DNA of 62,861 nt, counting the filler, from Octopus bimaculoides (Eukaryota), in NCBI RefSeq assembly GCF_001194135.2. It is 6 parts of 6 records of this genome, joined end to end, with 100 filler letters (N's around TTAATTAATTAA, not from the genome) between each part and the next. Parts side by side here need not be neighbours in the genome. Positions count along the whole stretch, not along the records: positions 11,145 to 18,681 come from NC_069002.1; positions 18,782 to 34,390 come from NC_068988.1; 4 more parts are not named here. One strand, given 5' to 3'. Both the position numbers and the translations under genes were made by a program. Position 1 is the first letter of the stretch, and each line of letters starts with the position of its first letter. Shown piece after piece: positions 11,491 to 23,756 of this stretch. A model generated the notes under the pieces. It was not told where the DNA came from, ran no database searches, and saw nothing but the letters and a program-made list of their open reading frames with translations.

Positions 11491-12415
11491 AGGTGGTGAG
11501 CTTGCAGAACTGTTAGCACACTGGGTGAAATATTTAGTGGTATTTTGTCTGCCGTTACGTTCTGAGTTCAAATTTCGCCAAGTTTGACTTTACCTTTCAT
11601 CCTTTCGGGGTCAATAAATAAACACCAGTGCAACTAGCCCTCTCCCCACCAAATTTCAGGCCTTGTACCTTTAGCAGAAAGGATTATTATTATGATCATT
11701 ATGAAATGATCATAATAATAATGATTATTATAAACACTGGGTGGGGGGTGGTGTAATCGACTCATCCCTCTCCAAAGTTCTGCCCTTGCGGCAAAATTTG
11801 AAACCATTATCGTTATTACTGTCGTTGAGATGGGGAGCTGTCAGAATTGCTATTGTATTGGACAGAATGCTCAGCTACATTTCTTTCAACTCTTTACATT
11901 CTGAGCTCAAATCCTGATGAAGTGAACTATGCCCTTTGTCCTTTTTGAGATCAATAAAATAAGTACCAGTTAACTGGTGGTGGTGGTGGTGGTGGTGGTG
12001 GTGGGGAGGGGTCAACGGAATTGACTAAACCCCCTGCCTCCAAATTTCAGGCCTTGTGCCAAAATTTGAAACGATCATTATTTTATTTTTAAAATTTTAT
12101 TCTTCAATTTTATTATCATAATTTAATTATATTACTATTATAATTTGATTTTATTATTTTATTATTTTGTTATTTTTATTATTATTAATTATTTTTTAAA
12201 GCGGTGAACTGGCAGGTGTGTTACTGTATAGGAGAAATCACTTACCGGGTTTTCTTCCAACTTTACATTGTGAGTTCAAATACTGCTGAGGCTGACTTTG
12301 CCTTTCATCCTTGTGGGGTTGATAAAACAAGTACAGTCAAAGACGGGTTGATATAATCGGCTTACCCCTTCCCCTGAAATTGCTGGCCTTGTGAAAATAT
12401 TTGAAACTTTATTAT
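11490..12415 (+). mobile_element. Cluster of three family A tRNA-derived SINEs (about 11490-11690, 11825-12075, 12198-12415)
   Basis: Each has a gagctggcagaa head, ctgagttcaaat B box and cctttcatcct...gtc(g/a)ataaa...aagtaccag body, separated by (ATT)n tracts. Confidence 0.8.
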
Positions 12416-12437
12416 CATTATTATTATTTAATTTTCA

Positions 12438-12495
<58 letters not shown>

Positions 12496-12848
12496 ATTAT
12501 TATTTAATTTTTATATAATTGTTATTATTTAATTTCTATATTGTTATTATTATTATTATTATTTTTGATATAATTATTTTCATTATTTAATTTTAACATT
12601 ATTATTATTATTATTATTATTATTATCATTATTATTATTAAATTTATCATCATCATTATTGTTATTTAATTTTATTATCATTATTATTGATTTTACTATT
12701 ATTCTTTTGTACCTCTTTTCCTCCAGTGTATTGCCTTTAATATAAGCTTTAAGACTTCTGTCAGAAAAATAAAAGAGGACTCAATACCTGTTAAATATGC
12801 TTTCGATGTTTGTAATGTTTGCTTTATTTTATTGTATTCTATGCTTTG

Positions 12849-12883
<35 letters not shown>

Positions 12884-12955
12884 ACATATATATATATATN
12901 NNNNNNNNNATATATATATATATACATATATATATAATTATGTATTTACACACAT

Positions 12956-12992
<37 letters not shown>

Positions 12993-13126
12993 CATACATA
13001 CACACACACACACATAATGTTGATGCTGCTGATGCTGGTAGTAGTTACACTGCTAACGAAGCCAGAGAATCGTTTGTTTGACAATGCTGATATATGGTCA
13101 ATCGTTTGTTCAGTCTTTTCTGACAG

Positions 13127-13170
13127 ATTTATATAATATCGTTCAACCGGAACGGGAGTCTGGTTTTCAG
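13127..13170 (+). CDS. Candidate 44-nt internal exon of an unidentified host gene
   Basis: cagtcttttctgacag|ATTTATATAATATCGTTCAACCGGAACGGGAGTCTGGTTTTCAG|gtaagt in non-repetitive sequence; open frames LYNIVQPERESGFQ or IYIISFNRNGSLVF. No protein match recognised. Confidence 0.3.
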
Positions 13171-13588
13171 GTAAGTTTGTGACCTTGAGCTCTGAATGGG
13201 AAATCACTCACCCTTGAAGTTTGTTTGTTTTTATGATGAATTTCAGAAGCTTTTCAAATTAATATACAATAGTATATAAACATATGTGAATATACATACA
13301 TACATGCCTACACACACATACATACATACATACATACATACATACATGCATGCATGCATGCATGCATACATACATACATACATGCATACATATATATAAC
13401 AAAAAGGAGATAGTCAGGATTTAGATGAAAACTATTTATTTAACACATTCATCCCTTTGAGGGACTCATCCAAATTCTGACTACCTCCTTTGTTTTAATA
13501 TATAAAATATGCAAACCCCTTCAACAATCTATACATATACATGCATATTTACACACACACACACCACACACACATGTTTATATTTATG

Positions 13589-13639
<51 letters not shown>

Positions 13640-13952
13640 NNNNNNNNNNNNNNNNNNNNNNNNNNNNNNNNNNNNNNNNNNNNNNNNNNNNNNNNNNNNN
13701 NNNNNNNNNNNNNNNNNNNNNNNNNNNNNNNNNNNNNNNNNNNNNNNNNNNNNNNNNNNNNNNNNNNNNNNNNNNNNNNNNNNNNNNNNNNNNNNNNNNN
13801 NNNNNNNNNNNNNNNNNNNNNNNNNNNNNNNNNNNNNNNNNNNNNNNNAAAAGAAAAAGAAAAAAATTAAAGTACGAAAGTACCACAGAAAACTGAATGG
13901 TAAATAGACAGAACGGCTGGTCTCTGGTTTAGATGCTTTCATTAGATTTTAA

Positions 13953-14395
13953 CCATTTAGCATTTAACCCTTTTGTTACCATATTTCTGTTGAGATGCTC
14001 TGTGTTTCTTTCAATTAATTTTAAATATATCAAAGAATTTAGTAAAATAACTTAGTTATCATTCAACTAGTGTTAGGAACATAAATTGTGACTAAGGTTT
14101 GATGGAAGATTTTAATTCAAAACTTTTGAAAACAAGACATTTGTACTCAGAGCGAGAGGCAGTTTTAGCCGGGTTGGTATCAAAAGGGTTAAACTGACCA
14201 TATCCAGTTCTCATATTCTTCTTGTTTAATGTTCAAAGTGGATGGTTCTGGCCTCTCACACTTACCCTACAATGTCATTCTAAAAATAAACAACACTATC
14301 ATTGAACTCTCAAGGCTCTGAAATAATGCATGATTAATTCGAAACAACATGAATAAATAAGCATTACATTACAGAGGAATCTGAATGCTAAATGG
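13953..14395. mobile_element. TTAA-flanked (piggyBac-type) MITE, outer element
   Basis: TTAA (13949-52) CCATTTAGCATT...AATGCTAAATGG TTAA (14396-99). Confidence 0.8.
13968..14188. mobile_element. TTAA-flanked (piggyBac-type) MITE nested in the outer MITE
   Basis: TTAA (13964-67) CCCTTTTGTTACC...GGTATCAAAAGGG TTAA (14189-92); 13-bp TIR with one mismatch. Confidence 0.85.
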
Positions 14396-16349
14396 TTAAA
14401 CTAGTGTTTCTGACAACCCCTTCTCCTAACAAAATGTTTTTATTTTGTTCTTTAGAAATGGCACAGCATACACAGACAAGTAGTTTTTACTATGAGAACA
14501 CTTTTTTTGAGAAAGTTAATTTCCTTTATTTTTTTTGCATATATTTATTGCTTTTTTTCGTTAGTCTATTTTATATTTCTAGTCATGTGACATTACTGAC
14601 TGTTGCTGATGGCACCACAGTGTCAAACAGGTTTATCATCAAATCCATTCTGAGTGGTGGTGGTGGTGGTAGGGGAGGTAACAGAAGTGGTGTTAGTAGT
14701 AGTAGTGATGGTGGTGGAGGTTGTAGTAGTTGTAGCAGCAGGTAGTGGTGGTGGTGCTGGTGGTGGAAGCATACTAGAGTCATTCTTTTAATACTTTTCT
14801 TACGTACCCCCACCCCCACCCCAGAAGGATCCAAATTTAAAATGACGGGTTAACAAAACATCTTTTCAATTGTTCTTCAATGTTGCTGCTACTTTAAAGA
14901 GGTGAATTCTTCCACCCTATGTTACCTCCTAACAACTAAATGGACTGCTCCATAAATGCAGTGTAGCACTGCTAACAGAGTATGGAGAGTTCCATAATCT
15001 AAAAGAGAATCCCTCTTTATCTTGAGAAGGCCCACTCAGCAGATTGGCATTAATTCTCTAAAAGTCATGCTTCAGTCACTGACCCACAAGAGTGCTGTCC
15101 CATCTCTTTGTCTTTTCTACCAGACCCTGATGCAGCTCTGCAGTTTGTTGGACCCTGCTGAAACATCTGCCGGCATGGAAAACAAATGTTGGATGATGAT
15201 GATGATGATGACGACGAAGATGACTGTAATGAGTCTTTGTTCCTCAGAGCTAGATGGTCTCCTTCTCCACCTATCCCTCTGCCTCTTTTCATCTTTGAAA
15301 CTACTACGCACTCAGCCCGTCATTCTCAGACCATCGGCCCACTGGAATCTTTTCCTTGCTTTTGTCTTTCCTGCAAGTGTTTATCTGCAACAGTTTTAAA
15401 AGGAACATTAATAGCATCAACCCTCACTGGTCTCAAAAGCCCTGCAAGCAATATGGTTACTGCCCCTTCTAGTGTTTGTACCTGAAATCCCGTTGTAGAC
15501 CTATTGTATATCAAACTGGTAGATCCCAACCTGCTTTCAGCTGCTGTTACTAATGTTTGTGTCTGACTAAACAGACAAAACCAGTTAAGGGTCACTTCAG
15601 TGGTGACTGCCTCATTTTTTATGGGTGTGATGGACTACATTATGTAAAGTACCACATGGCAATGCCTCATGGCAGGTGCATTTGTTTATCTTCTTAAATT
15701 TAGATCACAAGGAAGAATATCTTTGTAGCATTCCAACGATCAGTTGACAGGGAAGGATATCTGTATATCATTCCTGTGAACATCTCATTATATGACATTT
15801 CATTTTGTCCAATATTTTCCAATGTATCCTTTCATAAGCTGTTAAGGTGTAGTTCAAGGGAGAATTAGCTGTAGTTTCTATCAGGTTGAATGTCCTCATA
15901 GAATCTTCTTTATTACTTCCTCTCCAAGCTGTGTTCTTTATTGGAGCTGACCTCACCACTGGAAGTATCATAAACACTCCTCTGCCTCTTCTACAGTGAT
16001 TTTGCAAAGGATTGTTTCATACCATGCGGGACTTGTTTACAGCTACTAAGACTGGGCAGTTTGAGAGTTAAGTGTCGTTGCCATGGATACAGCACAATAC
16101 TGATGACATGGTGTAACCTACCAATCCTATGACCATATGTACAGTCTTTTATCATGCTGACCATCTTTCATTCCATTTGACTTCATACTCTCATACACAT
16201 TACATAATGACTGCATAAAATCAGTCTAATAAACGTGCGTAATGTGTATGCACAGATACATGCACTAAACATGCAGCTATTTGTGTATACACACATGCAT
16301 ATACACCACATACATGCGTTTTATGTGTATTTATATATATGTATATATT

Positions 16350-16385
<36 letters not shown>

Positions 16386-16389
<4 letters not shown>

Positions 16390-17008
16390 AGGGTGTGCCG
16401 AAAAGTACCTGGCTTTAAGGGTGTAACAATAGGCCTGGTTGGAGGCCCACCCTTTTGAGTTGCATTTGTTTATCTTAAATTTAGATCATATAGAAGAATA
16501 TCCCTATATCATTCCAATGACCAGTTGACAGGGAAGGATATCCATATATCATTCCAATGACCAGTTGACAGGGAAGGATATCCATATATCATCCCAGTGA
16601 CCAGTTGACAGGGAAGAATATCCATATATCATTCCAATGACCAGTTGATAGGGAAGGATATCCATATATCATTCCAATGACCAGTTGACAGGGAAGGATA
16701 TCCATATATCCTTCCAATGACCAGTTGACAGGGAAGGATATCCATATATCATTCCAATGACCAGTTGACAAGGAATGATATCCATATATCATTTCAATGA
16801 CCAGTTGACAGGGAAGGATATCTATATATCATTCCAATGACCAGTTGACAGAGAAGGATATCCATATATCATTTCAATGACCAGTTGATATCATTCCGCT
16901 GTAGTAAGTGTGTGAATCTGAGAGGGGAATTTGAATAAAACCATAATTGACTGATGCTCTTGTATTTTCTATAACCCAGAGCCAAGAACTTTTCAGTGCC
17001 CCCTCGTA
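16386..17008. mobile_element. Mariner-derived non-autonomous element interrupted by a minisatellite
   Basis: TIR-like ends acaagggtgtgccgaaaagtacctggcttt and agagccaagaacttttcagtgccccctcgta. Confidence 0.7.
16497..16894. repeat. 40-bp minisatellite, 10 copies
   Basis: Unit ATATCCATATATCATTCCAATGACCAGTTGACAGGGAAGG; GACCAGTTGA recurs every 40 nt from 16519 to 16879; no spacers. Confidence 0.95.
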
Positions 17009-17104
17009 TAGAAATGGGGTATTGTTTTGTTGAGTTGGTGGGATCAACAAAAAAGTTTTCCCTCCAGTAAGAAATAAATATCATTCAATATAAAAAGTAT
17101 TTAA

Positions 17105-17715
17105 AACTGTGAGCTGGCAGAATTGTTCACACACTGGACAACATGTTTAGCACCATTTCTTCTGATTTTGTGTCCTGAGTTCAAATGTTGCTTAGGCTGA
17201 TTTTGATTTTCATCTTTTTGGGCTTGATAAACTAAGTACCAGTTATATTCTGTGGTCGATGTAATTGATTTACCCCTTCTCCTGAAATTGCTGGCCTTGT
17301 GTTACAATCTGAAACAGATACAAACAGGATTTAAAACTGATCTACTTTAAGTTTCATGCTTGAGATCACACTACAACCAAGTGAGCTTGTACTATGTGTT
17401 GTGTAGTTGAGCCTGAAGGATTACCCTGTTGTACATGGTACAATGAACAAGCTCACTCAACTATAGAACTGTCATAGGCTCAATTTTAAATCCTGCATTT
17501 ATTGGTTTCAAATCGTGGCACAAGGCCAATAGTTTCAAGGAAGGAATTAAGTCACATCAATGCCGTTGCTCAACTGGTACTTATTTTATCGACCTCAAAA
17601 GGATGAAAGGCAAAGTCGACCTCAGCGGAATTTGAACTCAGAATGTAAAGACAGACAAAAAGCTGCTAAGCATTTACCCCAGCATCCTAACGATTCTGCC
17701 AGTTTGCTACCTTAA
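17105..17715. mobile_element. Two inverted family A SINEs (17105-17310 +, 17507-17715 -)
   Basis: Family A body on the + strand followed by its reverse complement about 200 bp later. Confidence 0.75.
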
Positions 17716-18100
17716 ATCCTGCATATATCAAATGATAGGTGTGTTATATGAGAGACATTATTCAAAGGAATCCTTACAGTTTTCTGTGTTACTATTTAAA
17801 GAATTATAAATTCTAATTTGGCATAAAATTCCGTGATTTCCATTCATTGGTAGAATGCACCTCTCTCCTCTCTTAGTTCTTCACTTTTGATAATTTTGAT
17901 CTGTTTTCATGAAACCATTTTCTCAAGTCTTGGCACCAAACATCTCACAATTTATTTAATTGGCATCTTTTGATAATAATTGCATGCAATTGAAATAATT
18001 TCTGGATGGTTTTGAAGAAATTTCAACTCTACTGCTTGTTTCTTGTAACTAATTCAGGGTCGTGAGGTTATGGGGTTATGGCATTTTACAAAAGAATTCT

Positions 18101-18179
<79 letters not shown>

Positions 18180-18290
18180 TGTGTATCCAGGTAAGATTTC
18201 TTCTACCTTCTCCTTTGTTTGTCTGTCTGCCTGCTTACCTCTCTAACTGTCTACCTATCTATTCGTTCATCTGTCTATCTTTCTATCTAA

Positions 18291-18332
<42 letters not shown>

Positions 18333-18378
18333 GTCTATCCATCTATCTACCTATCTGTCTATCTATCTGTCTACCTAC

Positions 18379-18430
<52 letters not shown>

Positions 18431-18808
18431 TCATTGATCTCTCTCTCTCTATCGCTCTATCTATCTATCAATCTATTTATCTATTGCACTCCCTCCCTCC
18501 TTCCCTCCCTCTGTGTGTGCCTGTCTGTCTATCTGTCTCTCACCCTCTCTCTCTTTCTATCTATTTATCTGTTTTTGTTTATCTTTGTATCTATCTTTCT
18601 CGGTCTACCATTTCTGCCTGTCTGCCCTCTCTCTTTCTCTACCTCTCTCTTATGTTATGCATCTTTCTGTCTGTTTTTACCNNNNNNNNNNNNNNNNNNN
18701 NNNNNNNNNNNNNNNNNNNNNNNNNTTAATTAATTAANNNNNNNNNNNNNNNNNNNNNNNNNNNNNNNNNNNNNNNNNNNNTGTGTGTGTGTGTGTGTGT
18801 GTTCAAAA

Positions 18809-18949
18809 GACAAGTGGGAGGCTAATGCTGACACATGGTGCTCTATAGGAGTACTGTATAAGCAGCAGAACCAGCCTTTGGACGCTCTGCAAGCCTACAT
18901 CTGTGCAGCGCAGTTGGACCGCACTCACACTGCAGCATGGACTGATCTA
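18809..18949 (+). pseudogene. KDM6A: Histone H3K27 demethylase KDM6A/UTX TPR-region fragment (47 codons)
   Basis: [47 protein letters not shown] matches the recalled UTX TPR sequence [47 protein letters not shown]. It is bounded by (TG)n upstream and (TA)n plus a SINE downstream, with no donor site. Confidence 0.8.
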
Positions 18950-19113
18950 TATATATGCACGACTGGCTTCTTCAGTTTCCGTCTACGAAATCCACTCACA
19001 AGGCTCTGGTCGGCCCGAGGTTATAATAGAAATACTTGTTCAAGGTGTCACGCAGTGGGAGTGAACCCGGAATCATATGGTTGGGAATCAAGCTACTTAC
19101 CAGACAGCCATAT
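18950..19113 (-). mobile_element. SINE family B
   Basis: Reverse complement of the family B head and body (cf. 9225-9390). Confidence 0.8.
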
Positions 19114-20887
19114 GTGATATATATATTATATATATATAATATTCTATATATATTACAAGCGAAAATAATATAGCTCCACTCAACGGATATATTGTCAAAG
19201 TGTGCCTACAATTTTGAATGTATCAGTTTCCCGTGAGGAACCTAATTCATTGAAAATTATTCACTCTCTTTGATAAACCGATAAAAATACGTTGACGTTT
19301 TTACCACAGGCTGACAGTTTCGTAGTTGTTTGTCTGCAAGTTGTCAGTTCGGCAAAACGGTGAAAATAGCATATGTATAAGATTTAAAAATAAGTACAGA
19401 GGGTAATATGTGCATGGCAATCCCACAACATGGCCGCAAGCCAATGACTGAATATGAGTGAAGGAATAAAGACACACAAAAATCCACAATCCTGCAGATC
19501 GAACAACGGTTTTTATTCCATTTGCGATTTAAAATATATGAATTGCTCATATATATCCTGGTTTTGTGATAAAATCATATCAATATGGGAATGACATTGT
19601 CAATATGAAAGTCAGTGAATTCACGAATTAACACTTCTCTTTCTGTTGTTGACAGGTCTATAATTTTACTATTTAAATAAAGACGAGAGACGCCAAAACC
19701 ACCGGTTGATCTTGGCTGGGTTAAATAGAACACATTTTTCTCTCTAAGTAAAATGTGAAAATTGCCACTTGCTGCAATAATGGCGTGAATAGAAAGTGAC
19801 TAATAGTTTCAGTTACTCATCTTTTTCTTTCCATCTTTAAGTAATTTCCGGTCTGTTATTTTTTTCTCTAGCAACCCCACACCCGCGGCACAATATTCCT
19901 TATAGAGTGTCAGCAATATCTATAATCTATCATAATTAGTTTAGCAGTTGGCGGTCAGCAGACAATCTTTATCGATTACGAATTTTTCAAACGTTCCAGT
20001 TTACTGCCTACCGATACCATTCTCCCTCTTTCTCTCTGTGTCTCTGTCTCTCTTTCACTTCTTGTCTTTTTTCAATCTGTGTATACATACATACACACGT
20101 TTTGTACGTATCAAAACATGTGGCGTAGGTACGCGTGTGTACGTATATATTTATATATACGTATATATATATATCTTATTACTTCTCTGTATTTTCCCCC
20201 AATCGCTCTCTTTCATGCTATTCCTATGCATAATTATTATTACGAAGCACATCAGATATATGTCTCTCGGTTTATGGAGAAAAATCTCTCTCTCTCTATC
20301 TCACGCACACACACGACCGAGCGCGCATACACAAACACACGAAAAATAAAAAGTATCAGATTTGCCACTGCTAATAAATGGTGGAACAAAACCGATATGT
20401 TTAGTTGAATCGTCGCAGAACTAAAATTTTTGTCTGTGTAATATAATATAGTATAATAAACTGTAATAATATAATATTATATAACATAATATAATACATT
20501 ATATAATATACAGTATATATATATATGTATGTATATATATATATATAAATATATATATATATATNNNNNNNNNNNNNNNNNNNNNNNNNNNNNNNNNNNN
20601 NNNNNNNNNNNNNNNNNNNNNNNNNNNNNNNNNNNNNNNNNNNNNNNNNNNNNNNNNNNNNNNNNNNNNNNNNNNNNNNNNNNNNNNNNNNNNNNNNNNN
20701 NNNNNNNNNNNNNNNNNNNNNNNNNNNNNNNNNNNNNNNNNNNNNNNNNNNNNNNNNNNNNNNNNNNNNNNNNNNNNNNNNNNNNNNNNNNNNNNNNNNN
20801 NNNNNNNNNNNNNNNNNNNNNNNNNNNNNNNNNNNNNNNNNNNNNNNNNNNNNNNNNNNNNNNNNNNNNNNNNNNNNNNNNNNNNNN

Positions 20888-20935
<48 letters not shown>

Positions 20936-20962
20936 CACAGATACACACACACACACACACAC

Positions 20963-21006
<44 letters not shown>

Positions 21007-21009
21007 CAT

Positions 21010-21580
21010 ACAGCGCACGGTGAATAACCTGTCATCTGAATTACGCAGAAATATAAAAATAACACTGATATTTCATTTTCACAGATATATTTACCAAAAT
21101 TGCATAAAACATTTTGAAATACTAAAGAGTAAATTTTTTCAATGAAATCGCCATTGGCGTTTCCCACCCCCTCCCACCACCGATGATTTAGGAATCTGCA
21201 AATATTCTGTATGGTCTCCTTGTTTAAGTTGGTGAATGCAGCCATAATACTTGCCTTTAATTCATCTTTAGTGTTACAAGGAGCTTTTTTAGTCTGGGGA
21301 GTTGGGTGGCCAGATGTTAGGGGCGATGTGGTTGTAGAAATTGTCAAACTACCATGAGTGGATTCTTCTGCTTTTATGGCATGGTGCAGAATTCTGTTGC
21401 CAGACAGGGTCTTTCAGCAGCCACCCACTTGACCCAAGGTAGCACTACCTCCTCCATGTACTTGTTGTAGGCGTCCTTGTTGGATCTGAGGCCTTGTGGG
21501 GAGATGAATGGAGGCACATCTTCTCAATCGCTAGTAATCACTCGAGACACCATGATGTTAACCTCGATGTTTGACTTTTA
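21010..21580 (-). mobile_element. maT/DD37D-type Tc1-mariner transposase remnant with terminal end
   Basis: NIMVSRVITSD*EDVPPFISPQGLRSNKDAYNKYMEEVVLPWVKWVAAERP and APCNTKDELKASIMAAFTNLNKETIQNIC...ANGDFIE are degenerate matches to the maT catalytic domain. Confidence 0.8.
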
Positions 21581-21816
21581 TCACTCTTGGTGCACGTCCT
21601 CAGACTGACACCCAAACGCTCTGAAATGTTCGTATTGGAGCTTCCAGCGGGAATGTATACATTTTCATTAAAAGATATAGATTTTCCTGAAATTTATGAG
21701 GGAAAAAGATCAGATCGTGTGAATTTTCCAAAACCCCTCCCTCCACAACCTCCCAAAAATTTCTTCCCTTAAATCCCTATATACTCTGAAGCCACAACAT
21801 CTCAGCGGTATATATA

Positions 21817-22051
21817 GAAGGCGGCGAGCTGGCAGAATCGTTAGCACGCCGGGCGAAATGCTTAGTGGTATTTCGTCTGCCACTGCGTTCTGAGTTCAAA
21901 TTCTGCCGAGGTCGACTTTGCCTTTCATCCTTTCGGGGTCGATAAATTAAGTACCAGTTACGCACTGGGGTCGATATAATCGACTTAATCCGTTTGTCTG
22001 ACCTTGTTTGTCCCCTCTGTGTGTAGCCCCTTGTGGGCAGTAAAGAAATAG
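21817..22051 (+). mobile_element. Family A SINE, full length, CpGs intact
   Basis: Complete head, body and tail ending aaagaaata; flanked by ggtatatata/ggtatttata (TSD-like). Confidence 0.9.
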
Positions 22052-22971
22052 GTATTTATAGAACATTTTGTTAAAAAGTATTCATTTTTTGAATATTATG
22101 AGGCAACATATTCGGGGCCATATACATCTGTAGTAATGTCCTTTCATTTATACGATGTTTTCATTTTATACTTATTTCATTCATTGTTTACAATGTTTTC
22201 TCTATCCTCCATCTCTCACACACACACACACAATGCAAAGCTTACAGATTGGCTGCTGAATTGTAATCTCTATGTTGCTTTGAGAGGAAGGTAAAACTTG
22301 ACAAATTGCCACTCCATCTGTTGTTGGACTACCGCGATGTTTGTTTAAAAGAGAGAATATGACTGTGATAAAATAACAAAAGCAATATTTACTAAGCAAG
22401 TGAGCGCTATTATACAAAGAAATAATCAAACCTTTCTGCTACTATATATAATGGATAAAATACTAATGACCTTAATTCTTACTCATCTTTTTCAATGTAT
22501 TGAAAGAGTTGAATTAGTGACACGTGATGAAGTAATAACCAATCATAGTAATTCTAGTGAGAGATCTTACAAAGAATTACAACATCCGCGGAAAAGTTAC
22601 GCAGGGAAGATTTCTACATAGACTCAAATAGAGTAGTTTCCCTGTGAGATGAGAGACTTCGATCAGTTGAGATCATTGAAGCAATTAGGATACAGCGGCA
22701 CTCTCTTACGTTCAAATCTAAAAGTTGGCTTGTAATTGCCAATGAAAAAAAATTAAATATAATATAAAATATTACGAATCATTAGTTAATAATATTTTGT
22801 CTTCTTCCTTCATAGTATTTTTGATAATATAGATAAAGATTTGCTCGCATCACTATGGATGAAATTTTAATTAATTAAATTTCTTGCTTTATTACATCAA
22901 GTATGTTAGCTCTTACTTCATTTAAGTTTTCACGCATGACAGGTCTTTGCATTTCTCGCTACCATCACTAT

Positions 22972-23028
<57 letters not shown>

Positions 23029-23194
23029 CGTCACAACAAAATTTTCTTCATTTTTCAATAAAGTTTGGTTTTTTAATGTTCCATTCATTAAATATGAATA
23101 ACCAACTAAACAACAGTTATTCAACACGTGGATGGTGTCGAAAGAATTCCTTTATTTTGTTTTAATTTTTTCAGTGTTCTTTATTATTGAGCAG

Positions 23195-23600
23195 TGGCTA
23201 TGCTGGGCCACCGACGCACAAAGATTTTAGTCCGGCAAACTGGTAACACTTAGTAATTTAAATATGGTATTTATTCTATCGGTTACATTTTGCCGAACAA
23301 CTAGATTAGGAATCGGTTATCGGTTGTTAACTAATAGAGAGACAAACACAAAGATGTATATATTCATAGAATAAGACACATACATCCCGCGCGCACACAC
23401 ATGACAGGATAGATAAATTAATAAGCGCATACATATATATATTCACAACGGGTTTCTTATCATTTTTACTTTCAAAATTCACTTACAAGACATTGGTCAA
23501 CCCGGGATTAAGCTAGATGTCACTTCCCCAAGAAGCTGTGCAATGGGACTGAATCCAAACCAGGAACTTGCGAATTAAAATTCTTAATTATACAACCATG
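23195..23600 (-). mobile_element. Composite SINE family B/C, degenerate
   Basis: Recognisable B head (gggactgaatcc) and C module on the minus strand. Confidence 0.6.
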
Positions 23601-23756
23601 TTTACACCTTAATTACACTTTAATTTATTTCTACATGTACCGACAATTATAAATTTTTGCTGCTGTTTAGATTTAAGTCAGCACTGGTCCAGTTGATGCA
23701 TGATCACTACAGTTCCGCTGATAGCATCTTAGCACTTTGCATTTCAGGGAGTAATA

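Noticed and set aside
16497-16894. CRISPR-like regular repeats
   Set aside because: Units are directly tandem with no unique spacers, there are no cas genes, and the context is eukaryotic.
18062-18733. 223-aa ORF next to the UTX fragment
   Set aside because: Almost entirely (TG)n, (ATCT)n and (CT)n, and separated from the fragment by a linker.
21817-21905. tRNA genes at SINE heads (also 6205, 42605, 31045-31090)
   Set aside because: A/B boxes are present but no complete cloverleaf; they continue into SINE bodies.
22240-22545. CCAAT boxes and E-box cluster
   Set aside because: Short motifs expected by chance; no TATA, exon or other support.
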